Below, piece after piece: positions 27,490-41,620 of a stretch of DNA of 64,000 nucleotides. Under the pieces are notes generated by a model. It did not search any database and was not told where the DNA came from. It saw nothing but the letters and a program-made list of their open reading frames with translations. Location: the NCBI RefSeq assembly GCF_006345805.1, contig NC_042997.1:196664001-196728000 (forward strand), in the 5' to 3' direction. Source of the DNA: Octopus sinensis (taxonomy: Eukaryota). The position numbers and the translations under genes are program-made. How positions within the stretch are numbered: the first letter of the stretch is position 1; each line of letters opens with the position of its first letter.

Positions 27490-28571
27490 TACACACATGT
27501 GCACCCTTACACATCCTCACATACACACATATAGTATGGTGACGTTTATAGAATTCACATTCCAATACGTTAGACTCTGCAAAATTGAAATAATATTAGA
27601 AAGAAAAAGTAAAAAAAAAACATTATGCATTTCGCTTTCAATAACAGCAGCTAATTAGTTATTAGTTATAATTAATATCTTTGAATAGTCTGATTCTATT
27701 AAAAAAAACCTTGTAAATGAATAATTCTATGGCGCGTAAAACAAGAAACTTCCGCTCACATGCTCTGGACACACGTTTGTTTTTATTCTCTAAATATAAT
27801 GGCTGTTTGTTGACATATGAAGCCTATTGTAAAATGGTTCACTAGTTAGCTTTACTCTCATTTGTCTATTCTCCATAGTTCACTTCCTCCGTGTTATTGA
27901 TAATTGTCTGTTTTTTCCTGTTTCAATTTCGTTTCGCTCACGCTTCTAACTACTTTAGTTTGTATCTACTCTACAGGAAACAATATTTTCCAGTCTAGAA
28001 GAGTCTCTTCGGATAGCTTAGATTTGTTTAATGGCGATTCATTCTCCTTTTTATTGCATCGACAAAGGGATTGCTACAACGGTTGCGTTACTGTTGCTTA
28101 ATTAACATAGCTGATCAATATGGCAACAGCTGTTTTTAAAGCTCTCTTGAGGCATAGTTTTTGGCAAGGGAAGAAAAATCTTCCACATTACTTTTAACTA
28201 TGCTTTTGCAATCATTTATTAAAACGACACACAAATCTCTAAGGCTGCTCGGCATCGTGATCTACTGTAATAATTTTACCTTAACAATATCGATGTCCAT
28301 TGATCTATGCGATTATGCTTTGGTCAAATAAGCAATCAGTCAAACAATCAACAGTAAAACAGAACTGTTATGGTCAACAGACATAGTTTCAACTTCAAGT
28401 TGTGTCGTAATAGCCTGGTTCACATCAGATCTATACATGCACACGCGACGCGCGCAAACACCTACGCACACAAACACCTACGCACACATGCACACACACA
28501 TATACACACATGCACACACAAGCAGATACATATAGGTAAATGAACGTGCATAGATCTAACTTTGGAAATTT

Positions 28572-28985
28572 AGGTGCAGGCATGGCTGTATGGTAAGAAT
28601 TTTTCCTTCTGAACCACATGGTTCCGGGTTCAGTTCTACTGCGTGGAACTTTTCTTAAGTGCCTTCTGCTGTAGCCTTGGGCCGGCTAAGGCCTTGTTAC
28701 TAGATTTGGTAGATCGAAACTAAAAGAATCCCGTCGTATGTGTGTGTGTGTGTATGCTTGTCTACCACCACCACCATCACCACAACCACCACCATCATCA
28801 CCACTTGACAACGTGTGTTGGTGTTCCCATGACATAGCAGATTGGCAAAACAGATCGATAGAATAAATATTAGGCTTATAACAATAAATATCGCGGTCGG
28901 TTAATCTGTGAAAAAAGGGTCTTCGAGGCGATGCTCCAGCATGGCCACAGATTAATGATTTAAACGAATAAACAGTAAAAGATAC
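28572..28985 (+). mobile_element. V-family SINE, diverged, full length
   Basis: gcaggcatggctgtatggtaag..ggttccgggttcagttctactgcgtgg..gcgatgctccagcatggccacag. Confidence 0.82.
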
Positions 28986-29356
28986 AAAATATTAAGCAGC
29001 AAAATTTGTTTGGAAGCTGTAAAAGTGAGGTTTATGAATTGAAATACTGAACTTAAATGAAGCGTTATTTTTTATCTTGAGACGTTCCCTGTTAAAAGAA
29101 TTGCAGAACAAAAAAAAAAAAATGTACCGGGAAAAAAAAAAACAAAAACAATAATGATTTTGCTTTCGGAAAATAAAAACATTTTTGATACACGACAATT
29201 TACTCGAAGAGGATTGTTAATATTTTCCACTCTCCTCAAGTCAAGTATGTTGTTGAGAACTTCAATAAAAATATGGAGGTATCTTGACTAAAACACGATA
29301 CGGACATGGTACACATAATACAGTCTATCTACCTACTCTCTCTCTATGTATGTACG

Positions 29357-29421
<65 letters not shown>

Positions 29422-29503
29422 ATAAATATTAGGGAATAATCCAATTTACAGGGAAAAATCAGATTTAGGATTAAATCGATTTTATAGTAAATATTATAAA
29501 ATA

Positions 29504-29634
29504 TATTCGAGACAAAACCACTATTTTGCAAAACAAACAAGGAAAGACTTAATTAATACATAAAATTATAAAATTTTATGTATTAATTAAGTCTTTCCTT
29601 GTTTGTTTTGCAAATAGTGGTTTTGTCTCGAATA
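29504..29634. repeat. Near-perfect palindrome, ~64-bp arms, 4-nt spacer, within a (TA)n-flanked segment
   Basis: tattcgagacaaaaccactattttgc..cataaaatt ATAA aattttatg..gcaaatagtggttttgtctcgaata; one T indel between arms. Confidence 0.95.
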
Positions 29635-30614
29635 ATATTTTATATATATATATATATATATAATATATATGCACATACATATATGTATGTATATAAATAT
29701 CTATATCTATATATATACACATACATACGTATCTATATCTACATAATTATATATATATACACACATACATATATGTATATATATACATATCTATATATAG
29801 GCTATCTGTGTCTGCTCTATTCTATTTTGGTAGAATCCTTAGGCACCGGACATTGCTGTTTCTAATTTCGGATCATTACATTCTGAATTCAAATCTAGGT
29901 AAAATCATCTTTGATTGTTGTCCATTACGAATCCATTAAACAAACTGCTAATCAAGTACTGGGAACGATGTTAGCAACTATATTCTACACCAAATTTGAA
30001 AGCTTCTACCTTGGCTAAAAATACTCATACAGACATGCATACGCATACAAAGCTTTTAGTATTATCTACTAAGTTACTCGCATAAGTTTAACATTAAATA
30101 CGTAAGGATAACGAATATTTACTACGTATGTAGTGTTTTAAGTATTAACTATTGGATTATGAAATAGTGTAATTCACTCAGAGTTATTTATATTATTAGT
30201 TCAGTTCAATCGAGTTTGTTTTGTTTTGGAAAGAATAGAATATAAAGCTTTCACTTTTATATTAATAACTATGGAAGACTAGTGGGTATATTATTTGTAT
30301 GGACTTAAAGGATTGGTCGCCATTTAGTTACATAATTTAGGGGTTAGTTATAGGTTTACTTATTGAATTTATTTACCATTAGTAGAGTGCCTGAAACTTC
30401 ATAGCATTGAACTGCATGTTGTATATTTCCTTAAATACTATCTGTAATTCTGTATTGACTCAATTGAAAAATGTGTCGCTCAAGAAAAAACTTCAGTATG
30501 AGCAAATTTCATGATGTTTCATATTTAGATACTTTTATTAAATTCATTCAGTTGTTAAACATAAATAACTCTTGGAATTAAAAGGTTTTGATTTATTGTC
30601 AGGTGACTTTTGGC

Positions 30615-30645
<31 letters not shown>

Positions 30646-31889
30646 CGCACACACTTAAATGTGAATTCTGTGTGAATTACGAAAAGATGGCGATTGGAAT
30701 TTTGAAAATAGAGTAATAAGCCTACACCGTATATTGATAATAGAAAATATGCCTAATATTACACTACTTTCTACAGTCAATATACGATGAAGGATTAAAA
30801 TTCTATTTACAATATACATAAACATATACACACATACGCATGCGCAAACAATTTCTGCTTTAATAACTAAAGAATTTGTTACCTTTTTAACCGAAGGTGT
30901 TAATGTTACATTGGACTGTGTATATAATTTACGCCTAAAGTGTATATACTTAATGCCCAGATGATTGCTGTCACCTTTTATCAGTTTAATTTCCCCATCT
31001 TCAATAGATTACATTTATATCTGAAGTGGCTACGATTTCTGATATATATATATCGTGAATATTGGTTATATAACCAATGGAGAACAAGGATCTCACCTTT
31101 CACTGAAAGGTTTCTTTAATATGTTACCGAGTAAAAAAAAAAACAAAAAAAAAAAAACAAGTAGACAAGCTTATATCACTTTACACATAATCAAATACCC
31201 GTGCCTGTGTACGCTTGTAATTTTCCCCTGAGATTTAAACAACATTTTCAGTTCATGAAATACTGGCAAAGTTTTCTAACGTTGTTTTTTAAAGAAATTT
31301 TTCCTTACTTCATTGAAATTCAATTCAAAATACTTTCAATATAAACAACATTTTATATAACAACAAAATATCTTATAACAAATGAAAATTTATGATTTAA
31401 TCTTTCTCACCGAAGCTTAGCATTTTCAAAAGATTTATAAAAATTATATTAGATTTGCTGCATCTTTTATGAACGAAAACAAATCTAACTGGATTTTATG
31501 CTGTAAAGCTTCAAACAACTTTGTTAGAACAAACATTTGTTTATAAATTCTACTTTAGAGACAAATATTTACACCTTGTATTTAATAGAAATATGGATTG
31601 GATAAAGATAAACACGAGATCAATGGGTTATTTTCAGAAAAATAACGCTGCAGTAATATGTTAGGAGACCCACAGCCCAAATAGATGCTAATGTCTGACT
31701 TAACTTACTAGATTTACAGTTTCTGGAAAAGTAGATCAAATTCCCAGATCTCCAAATCTGCCAATTATTTATCTAATATTCATTTTGAGTGCTAGCATTT
31801 TATGAACATTTTTAAAAGGCCCATTCTCGTAAAGTTCTGACTAGATGCAGGACCCCGCTTTGCAGCCGTGTGGCAGCCAGTCCAGTCTA

Positions 31890-32165
31890 GTCCAGTTCCA
31901 CTGAGCGGCATGTTGGGCAGGTCTCTTCTACTATAGATCCAGGCCGATCAATACCTTGTCAGTAAATTTGGTAGACGGAAGATGTGTGGAATCTCGTCGT
32001 GTGTGCGTCTTTGTCCCCACTCCATCAGTTGACAACCGGTGTTGGTATGTTTACGTTTGCGTCGGTTAGAGGTTCGGCAAAAAGACAGATAGGATAAGTA
32101 CCATAATTAAGAATAAGTAGTTTCATTAAACTCTTTCAAGCGATGCCCCAGCATGGCCACTGTCC
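31890..32165 (+). mobile_element. V-family SINE, diverged
   Basis: ttgggcaggtctcttctactatag..tttggtagacggaa..gcgatgccccagcatggccac. Confidence 0.75.
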
Positions 32166-32169
32166 ATAC

Positions 32170-32207
<38 letters not shown>

Positions 32208-32568
32208 GTATATAAGAAGAAAAAGAAAATGGAGATTGGGAAGTTAATAACTGTTTATTATTAACAGCAAATTAATCATCTTCACTCACAGCTGTTTCAA
32301 TTAATACTCTGTAAATATTAAACTTATACTTATACGACCTGAGAATAATATCTTCAGACGAAAAAGATATACCTTTGGTTGTTGTATATGTGTTTATGGA
32401 TTTATTATAGCAATTCATTCATATATATTCATTCATATGTATGTATATGTAAAAATTTAAAATGAGGGTGAGAAATTAGATATTAATTTAATTAACATCG
32501 ATTTCACGCCAGTGGTCTAGCATATAAAAAAATTGAAGGTTCAGTAAAATTGCATTATATACATAGCA

Positions 32569-32706
32569 GAGGGAAACCACTAGAAATAGATCACTCAGAA
32601 ATGTTCTCAAGAATGTTCTCTAAATTTTTCTTGAGAACATTTCTTAGTGGTAAGACCATAGCGTATCTATTTCTAGCATAAGGGTGTCCACATAGTGGTT
32701 TCCCTC
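32569..32706. repeat. Nested imperfect inverted repeat
   Basis: gagggaaaccacta/tagtggtttccctc, ctagaaatagat/atctatttctag, agaaatgttctcaaga/tcttgagaacatttct. Confidence 0.85.
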
Positions 32707-32734
32707 CAATATGTATATATATATATATATATAC

Positions 32735-33019
32735 ACGTGACCGACCAGGCTATCAGATGTTGCTACACATCACTGGTTACAATGCGCTTCGCATTGTTTT
32801 AGCCATCAAATGACGCCACCCCGCTGGCAAAGCGAGCAGGCCAACAGAAGAAAGAGCGAGAGAAAGTTGTGGCGAAAGAGTACAGCAGGGATCGCCACCA
32901 CCCCCTGCTTGAGCCCCGTGGAGCTTTAGGTTTTTTTATCTCAGTAAACACTCACAACACCTAGTCTGGGACTCGAAACCGCGAGTCCGCTGCCCTAACC
33001 ACTTGGCCATTGCGCCTCC
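32735..33019 (-). mobile_element. O-head SINE with tail B
   Basis: Homologous along its length to 21408-21690. Confidence 0.9.
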
Positions 33020-33047
33020 ACACACACACACACACACATATATATAT

Positions 33048-33200
33048 CTCGGGCTACTTTCAGTTTCCGTCTACCAAACGCGCTCACAAACATTGGTCGG
33101 TCTGGGACGTTAGATGAAGACACTTGCCCAAGCTGCTTCTCAGTGGGACTGAACCAGAAACCCACTTGTTGTAACGCGGCCTTCTAAACACACAGCTATT
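33048..33200 (-). mobile_element. V-family SINE 5' half
   Basis: cagtttccgtctaccaa..gaagacacttgcccaag..cagtgggactgaacc. Confidence 0.75.
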
Positions 33201-34449
33201 TTGACATCATGTATGTCGAGAGAAAGTTAAATCCAAGTAGATATCATGAGCCGCCGACAATATTATTCTACGGCGAAAGTCTGCAAACGGATAATTAGAA
33301 AGGCCATTTTCATTGTTATATGATAGAAAGTAATAATCGTTTTCCGTTCATATTCGTCGCATCTACTAAGAAAGGAACTTTTTTTTTATTGAATCTGTAT
33401 AACGTCAGAAATATAAATCGTTTTACGTGTTTCAGGTATTTTGCAATTTACTCAAATTTGTGCTAAATAACCTAAAATGAAAACCAATCTAGTTTTTCAT
33501 TTTAGGTTTGTTTTGTATATAAGCGGAAACCATTCCACTTGGGAAAATTCCAAAAAACAAGTTCTTCGGTACTAGTGTAAATCTAAAGATAACAAATAAA
33601 CAAAAAACGAAACAAAACAACGAAGAGCTATTATTTTGAGAAATTAGTATTTTTCTGAGATTTTATGATATATTCTGTTTGTCTCGGGAGGGTCATTATG
33701 TCAATAACGAACACACTCGCTGGTTCTATTTCTTTATCTTTTTATTTGTCAACTGGTTAACTATTTCACCAATGAACTAATTAATCTATTTTGTTAATTA
33801 ATCCTTCGGTCAATCAACCACTCAGGCTCCTCAAAATTCGTGGCCTCATCAACGAGAGACCAAAACCGAAAGTATGTCACACGTAAGCTAGAACTAATAG
33901 CAAATACAAAGAAACAGAAAGTAAACGTCGGAAGATAATAATCGGCTTCGCGTGGTTAAGTAGACTAGAATTTTCAGAAGTCTCAAGACGTCTAAATTTA
34001 AAATTATCCGAAACTGCGAGTTTCCTTTAAGCTATCCTGAAGATAACTACGTATCTGAGAGATAAATCTAAATCGGATCTAAAGGAAAGCACAACAACAA
34101 AGGATGGGAAAAAAAATCAAAGAAACCATAAGAGGATTACCTAAACATGATATTTAAAAAGTCTATGAAATAGTTTTTCATTGCGGATTGTTGCTGTGTA
34201 TTGTAGATATGAAACGCAAGTGGAAAATGGCGTCCAACGAAAATGTCTGTTCTGTTTCCAACGAATGAGAGTGCAGAGTTATAATAACACAAAAAGCTTG
34301 TATAGAGTTTCAGGAACTATGACTTTTAAACCCAATGATATTTCTTAATTATAGAACGTTCTTAGTGATTCTATAGATTGAAGAAAGCATTCACATACAT
34401 ACACATTTATACACCTGTGCGTGTATAAGTATATATATATATATATATA

Positions 34450-34508
34450 TCAATAATGTTACGTGTATATATATATATATTATATATATATATATCAATA
34501 ATGTTACG

Positions 34509-34559
<51 letters not shown>

Positions 34560-34745
34560 CAATATTGTTACGTATATATATATATTTATATCTATATTAA
34601 TATTGTTACGTATATATATTTATATCTATATTAATATTGTTACGTATATATATTTATATCGATATTAATATTGTTACGTATATATATTTATATCGATATT
34701 AATATTGTTACGTATATATATTTATATCTATATTAATATTGTTAC

Positions 34746-34748
<3 letters not shown>
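34450..34748. repeat. 34-bp minisatellite (tattaatattgttacgtatatatatttatatcta), ~5.5 regular copies plus 2 degenerate
   Basis: Direct reading. Confidence 0.9.
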
Positions 34749-34782
<34 letters not shown>

Positions 34783-35104
34783 TGTATTTATATGTTATAA
34801 TATAAATATGTATGTGAATATAGATATATATATAAATATATAGATATGTATGTATATATATATATAAATATATGGATATCGGTATGTATATATATAAATA
34901 TATGGATATGTATATATGAATATATGGATATGTATATATGAATATATAGATATGTGTATGTATATAAATATATAGAAATGTGTATATATATGTGTGTGTG
35001 TGTGTGTATATAGATATCTGTATATATATATATATATATATATATTTGTATATATATATATATATGGTGTATATATATATAAATATTTGTATATATATAT
35101 ATTT

Positions 35105-35138
<34 letters not shown>

Positions 35139-35182
35139 ATATATATATATGTGTGTGTGTGTGTGTGCATATATATATGTAC

Positions 35183-35222
<40 letters not shown>

Positions 35223-35472
35223 GCTCACTTACACATACACACTCAATATAAACATTATACATTTAAAAAAATGAAAGTATTGATTATTTTCTATAGGTTC
35301 TTTGTATGAAAAACTGTGATAACACACGAAACAGCAACAACAACAAGGGAATAGAAAAAAAGTAACAATAACGTGGGCTTTAGCATCATAAGTAATACTA
35401 ACAACAACAACAAAAGCAGCGCTAAAAATAATGATAATAAAAATAGTAGTAGTAGTAATAATAATAATAATG

Positions 35473-35514
<42 letters not shown>

Positions 35515-35629
35515 GAATTCATAGTGGTAGTAGTCATAATTGAAATAGTAACAGTACAAAGAAATCAATGACGAAATTTGGAAAAGGAAGAAACATGAGG
35601 CAATGATTATATATATATATATATATAAT

Positions 35630-35675
<46 letters not shown>

Positions 35676-35885
35676 GATATATGTATATATATTATAATCT
35701 TAAAATAATCTCTGATAGCCTTTGTCTATCAAAGTCTTTTATACTTTACTCTCTCTCACATTAGACACACACTCATACATGTATATATGTCGCAAATATT
35801 TACATCCATATATTTGTTCTCACCCCTCTCTCTCTCTCTATATATATATATGTGTATATATATATATATACATACGTACGTATAT

Positions 35886-36564
35886 ACAACTAGGTGCTCA
35901 ATCGTAAACAAGGGAAAGAAAAGAGTGTGCTCAACACAGACTGTAGAGTTAATTCTTTTATTGGAAGATGAATCTTCAAAACGTGCGATCCTATTTTTTG
36001 CTCAGTTTCAATCTTCAAATAATCACACACACACTTTTGTTGTTCCCTTTACTTATTTCAGCCGTTTGGCAACGACGGTGCCAGGGCGTGTTGTCTTTAT
36101 AAATTTCAGTCGAAAGAATAGGTCCAAGTAAATAATTTTTTAATTTCTTTTTAGCCTCTTACCGATCAGTGTGCTTAGGGGGACGTAAACACACCAACAG
36201 CAGTTGTCAAGTGTTGTTGGGGAGTGGTGGTGGCAGACACAAACACAAAGACACACATACAAACACACAGGCACATTCACACACACATATACATTTTATT
36301 GACAGGCTTCTTACGGTTTCCATCTATCAAATCTATTCACCAAGTTTCAGTCGGCACGGGTTATAGTAGGAGACATTTGCCCAAGGTGCTACACCGGGGG
36401 ACTGATTCCAAAACCATGTGCTTGGTAAGTAAACTTCTTAGTACACAGCCACATCTGCACACACACACACACACACATATTATTAATATAATTATATATA
36501 TATATAGATATGTATATTATTAATAATATATTTGTATGTGTATATATACATATATATATACATA

Positions 36565-36610
<46 letters not shown>

Positions 36611-36888
36611 CACACACATATATATATATACATACATACGTACATATATACAACTAGGTGCTCCTCAAGTGTAAACAAGGGAAAGAATAGTGTGCTCAAT
36701 ACAGACTGTAGAGTTAATTCTTTTATTGGAAGATGAAGCTTCAAAACGTGCGATCACATTTTATGCTCAGTTTCAATCTTCAGTTAATCACACACACACA
36801 CACACTACGTCCCCCTAAGCACACTGATCGGTAAAAGGCTAAAAAGAAAAAAAAATATTTACTTGGACCTATTCCTTCGACTGAAATT
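35886..36888. repeat. Local direct duplication (35886-36035 / 36650-36803) plus inverted duplication (36102-36187 / 36806-36888) around a minus-strand V-SINE (36180-36455)
   Basis: acaactaggtgctc..cagtttcaatcttca occurs twice; aatttcagtcgaa.gaataggtccaagtaaat..gcttagggggacgta occurs on opposite strands. Confidence 0.9.
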
Positions 36889-36889
36889 A

Positions 36890-36925
<36 letters not shown>

Positions 36926-37417
36926 AGTATATAAATAATGATAAAATTAGTAATATTAATGGCTATTCAAAGCGTAAATAGTGCAGGCAAGTTAAAAAAA
37001 TATGGTGGTACTGGAATAGAATCAGCTTTGCTAGAGATAGAAGTCAAATGACCGCGGAAGTGACACGGAAGTCACAGAGTGCTCACTTTAAAAAACTTCT
37101 ATCTGTCTGTCTATCTATCTATCTATCTATCTATATTTACACACTACAAATTACTAGCCAAAGTTACAGAGCGACTGAAATGCCAAACACGAAATTCTCG
37201 ACCCTTGAGTCACTCTGCAATATCTGGCAATAATAAATAATATATATATATATATATAGATATATATATGCATATACTCAAGCTTTGAGTTATATTTCTC
37301 CTGTCTGCGTAACCAAACACACACGCACATGTATGTATGTATGTATGTATGTATGTATGTATGTATGTATGTATGTATGGTGTATGTATGTATGTATGTA
37401 TGTGCTTGTGTTGGCGC

Positions 37418-37450
<33 letters not shown>

Positions 37451-37742
37451 CACGTACCTAGATGTGTACTCACACGCACATACACAAACTGCCATACATT
37501 TCTCTCACCCTAGTGACCGAGTGCTACGTATTGCTTCAGTGATGACGAGTAGCTTTCCGCCAGAGCAAACAAAAGTAGGAAGAATCTTCTTTGTAACGGA
37601 AGATATTCAACGAGCTAAATACTCCTTCGTTATATGGTCCATTGGAAATTCATTCTCTCACTATTTCATTCATATTTCACGATGTTCAATCCTTGTATCC
37701 TTGTTTGGTTTTCAGTTCCGCAGTGAATACATAAACCACGAG

Positions 37743-37819
<77 letters not shown>

Positions 37820-37828
37820 ATGTATGTA

Positions 37829-37859
<31 letters not shown>

Positions 37860-39000
37860 GTGTTTGTACATCCATATACATATATACAAAACATATACCT
37901 ACATTCACATATATGCATTTGAATTATATATATATAATTGTATATTATATATATATATGTGTGTGTGTGTGTGTATGCATACATACGTGTATACGTGTGA
38001 TTGTTAGTGTATATGTGTTTATGGATGCCTGTGCATCTGTGTGTGTGTGTTATACACCAGAACAAATATATTTTCTGCATAAGTAAATATAACTGGCTCT
38101 CACCTTTACTATTTCATTAATCTCTCTCTCTCTCACACACACACAAATGTATTTATGTTTGTTGGGACATATGTATATACGAAAACGTCTTATAATTATG
38201 TACGCGTGTCTATACATATTGAATTACTGTATATTCGGATTTACGCAGACACTCCACTTACACACACAAGCCTAAACACATACTGATGAAAATACATACG
38301 TAAAATGATATCTAGACATAAAAATCTGGTTTTCTTAACGAGAAATATTTATACTGATTTTTCCTATTCAAATACTGTTCTATAGTAATGCCTTTGTAAC
38401 TGAGCAGCAACAAATATCTTCAGAAATATGAAACGAATATAGATGTTTTTCATCTTATGATAAAATGAACTAGATTGGTATTTTCAGTGCGTTCCATCTA
38501 ATATTCCAATTTTTATTAAGAGTAAAATATACAGCTTTAAAAAGAAGGTTATCAAACGAAGTTTAGTTTAGGTTAGAGTTAAAATTGGATCTAATTTTAT
38601 CCTTTAGTCTTTTTTATCTATTACTGGCATATTTCAGTTAGTTTCTGGCCCTGTTCGTTGAGAGAATCAACGTTGCTACAGCTTTTGATCTGAGATTTCT
38701 ATTTGTTGAATTGTTTCGTGAACGAAGGAGTTTGTTGTTCTCATATTTGCTTCTTGCTGTGGTGTTTGTGATGCTGCATCAGTAAGCATCTTGCATAGTA
38801 AATGGAATAAGATGGATGTGTGGAAACTCCATTTGGCTTTGCGGGTGAACTAGAAGTATAAACTAAATTTCGCGGGTCGCATGAGAACAGTTATTTCTAA
38901 AACCCTATTTACAATGTAAGCGAAAGTAAATGATAAAGGGGTCAATATACATTATAACAAATTTAGTAACAACAAATAAGGGAAAATAGGAGTTGCTTGC

Positions 39001-39198
39001 AAGACAAAAACCTTATTTACACAAGACAAAGACCTTATTTACATAAGACAAAGACCTTATTTACATAAGACAAAGACCTTATTTACATAAGACAAAGACC
39101 TTATTTACATAAGACAAAGACCTTATTTACATAAGACAAAGACCTTATTTACATAAGACAAAAACCTTATTTACATAAGACAAAAACCTTATTTACAT
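39001..39198. repeat. 22-bp minisatellite x9 (aagacaaagaccttatttacat)
   Basis: Nine contiguous units, no spacers; units 1, 8 and 9 carry the aaaaa variant. Confidence 0.97.
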
Positions 39199-40309
39199 AG
39201 TATACAGTTCTATTCAGTAGGAGTACCTTGAATGGGAACAGAAAAATGTCAAGATGCATGTATAAAGCTCTAGGGGACCAATGTTTGATAGAAAGCTTAC
39301 ACTGTTTTAGCTGAAAAACCATTCAATACTGTTTATATCAAGGAAATTTATTCGGCGAAACGAGTGCGTATATTTGCAAAATTAAACTACGGTTTGGTAT
39401 GGCGTGCATAGGTAAAGGGAAGGGGAAATAGGTCACAGCTTTAATATACAAATTCATAGGTTTCTTTTCAAATGACTTAGATAAAATAGAAGTTGGGTAA
39501 GATGCCCTGATTAGACTAATCGGAAGCGTTGGTAATCACAACACTCTTCACTTTCCAACTTCGAATACACATGCTAGCGACATATATTTTAAAGAATATT
39601 TTAAAGAGAGAAAAAATATTTTGTTTAGATAAAATTGAGCCGGGTGCTAAACAAGCATTGCTGCAGGTAGGATCCGGCCACGGGCTGTATGATCGACTTC
39701 TTCAGAGTAAATGTGCTTTGAACCTGTTAACATTTTCATGAAGTTGCCTTAGGTTTTGCTGTTTGTTGATAAAGACTCATGTTTATCTAGGAATTTATAT
39801 ATTGCCATCTATCTAGAAGAGTTGCATAGCTTGAAATCCCAGTAGTTAGTGCAAATATCCTCCAAGATACTTCAGAAATAATTTATTGTATATCTGTTTC
39901 TTAGTTCCTCCAATGAACAGAGATTTAAATTTTACGACACTCAAAATTAGAGACAACCTTCTCGTTGTATGACCGATGGATTCCTTGCAATGGAGCAATG
40001 AGATTAATACTATGACACCAGTGTACCTTCGAACAATAGTATTGATGATTACATTCATAAATATCTGGCTTGATTTTGTTCCCAGGGTCCGATATGCTTA
40101 TGTTTTGACAGACATTCTCTAGAACAATACTCTGTGCAAAAGCCAAAATATCGTACCCTCGTCATTACACTAACTTGAACTTGTAACTTCTTTCAAGGTA
40201 TCTGAGTGAAACGTAGAGTCAACTTGTACAAATAAAAAACAAAGGCCAAACATATAATAATAATAATGATAATAATAGTAATAATAATAAATATATAATT
40301 ATGTAGGGA

Positions 40310-40360
<51 letters not shown>

Positions 40361-40571
40361 CGGGAAGCTTTATGAAAATAAACAAAGGACGAAGGCAGGT
40401 GGAATACAAACAAACAATTGTATTAGTATGGCGCTCAGGAATATAAATAAAACAAGTCTTTTACGTTTCGAGCCTACGCTCTTCAACAGAAAGATACACA
40501 GAAAAGAAACACGGAAAGAAACAAGGAGAGAAAAAAAATTGCTTGCAGAAGCTAGCGAATCAACATGGCGA
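40361..40571 (-). mobile_element. U6-hammerhead PLE-like copy between (TA)n tracts
   Basis: Minus 40458-40493: CUUU CUGUUGA A GAGC GUAG GCUC GAAA CGU A AAAG. Confidence 0.78.
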
Positions 40572-41620
40572 TATATATATATATATATATATGCGGAAGA
40601 TGAAGACAAGCGAGAGAGAATACTAATAAGCAAATAAACACTGAAACGACATAAACGTCGTTATCAACTAGTAATATTCTCAGAAAAATAAAATGATAAT
40701 ACAAGCATAAAAACCAAAAAGAAATCAATAAAAAAATCGACAATATTATAATATATAATAATATATAAACATATATTTCGATGTAGCGTTACTATTTCTG
40801 TAAATTTCTGTAATATCGCAGAGCAGAAATTATAGAATTTTTTTAAAGGAATTTTTAATGTACGAGATTGTTTTGCTTATGTCCATGCTCTGAAAAAGAT
40901 AAGCTGCAGGTAAAATTAGTCCTACAGGTGATTGTAGAATATGAGATAGTAGTGATTCATTATATCAGTGAAAGAGAAGCAGGTGATGGCTGTTTATGTA
41001 CCTCGTATATATGTCTGTGAGTTCATCGATTGATAGCCAGGACATTATTGAGCGAAGTGTTGGAGATTAGCGCGTAAAACTTTTCTATATTATAGAAGTT
41101 ACAGTTACATTATATTCATAACTTCGAGTGCGGGGGTGGCGATGTTGAGAGGTATTAGAAATAAGATGGCAAGGTTAATTCAAATGACCATTATATAAAT
41201 ACGAAGTGATAAGAGTTACACACACACACACATTCGAAATTATGATACGCACAAGTTTATATAAGTTTGCTCTGTATACCAGAACCCGTAATACCAAGAA
41301 GTACAGTAACCACACCAATTTACTTGAAGCAAATTGGATGATGATTATCTTCGGGAGGGAGGGGGTACTTAATTCGGCAGCAGCTGACCAACTTCTAGCT
41401 GTACACACAAGATATACCACTATATTAATATATGCATGCATACATACATACATACAAATAAGGAATAGTGGTTGGACACCCTAATAAAAAAAGCAACTCC
41501 GTGCAAACATAACAGACCTTATATTGTACAGTGAAAAAGGGAACAAAAGTCATGCACTCTTGTAGAGGTCAAGCTACCCAGCGGATGTGAATGTACAATC
41601 AAACGTCCAAGGAAAGAACA

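Noticed and set aside
37490-37742. ~85 open codons between microsatellites within the 197-aa ORF
   Set aside because: No recognisable motif or splice pair; could not find an HHR fold on either strand
39001-39198. CRISPR-like regular repeat
   Set aside because: Units are contiguous with no spacers, no cas genes, animal context
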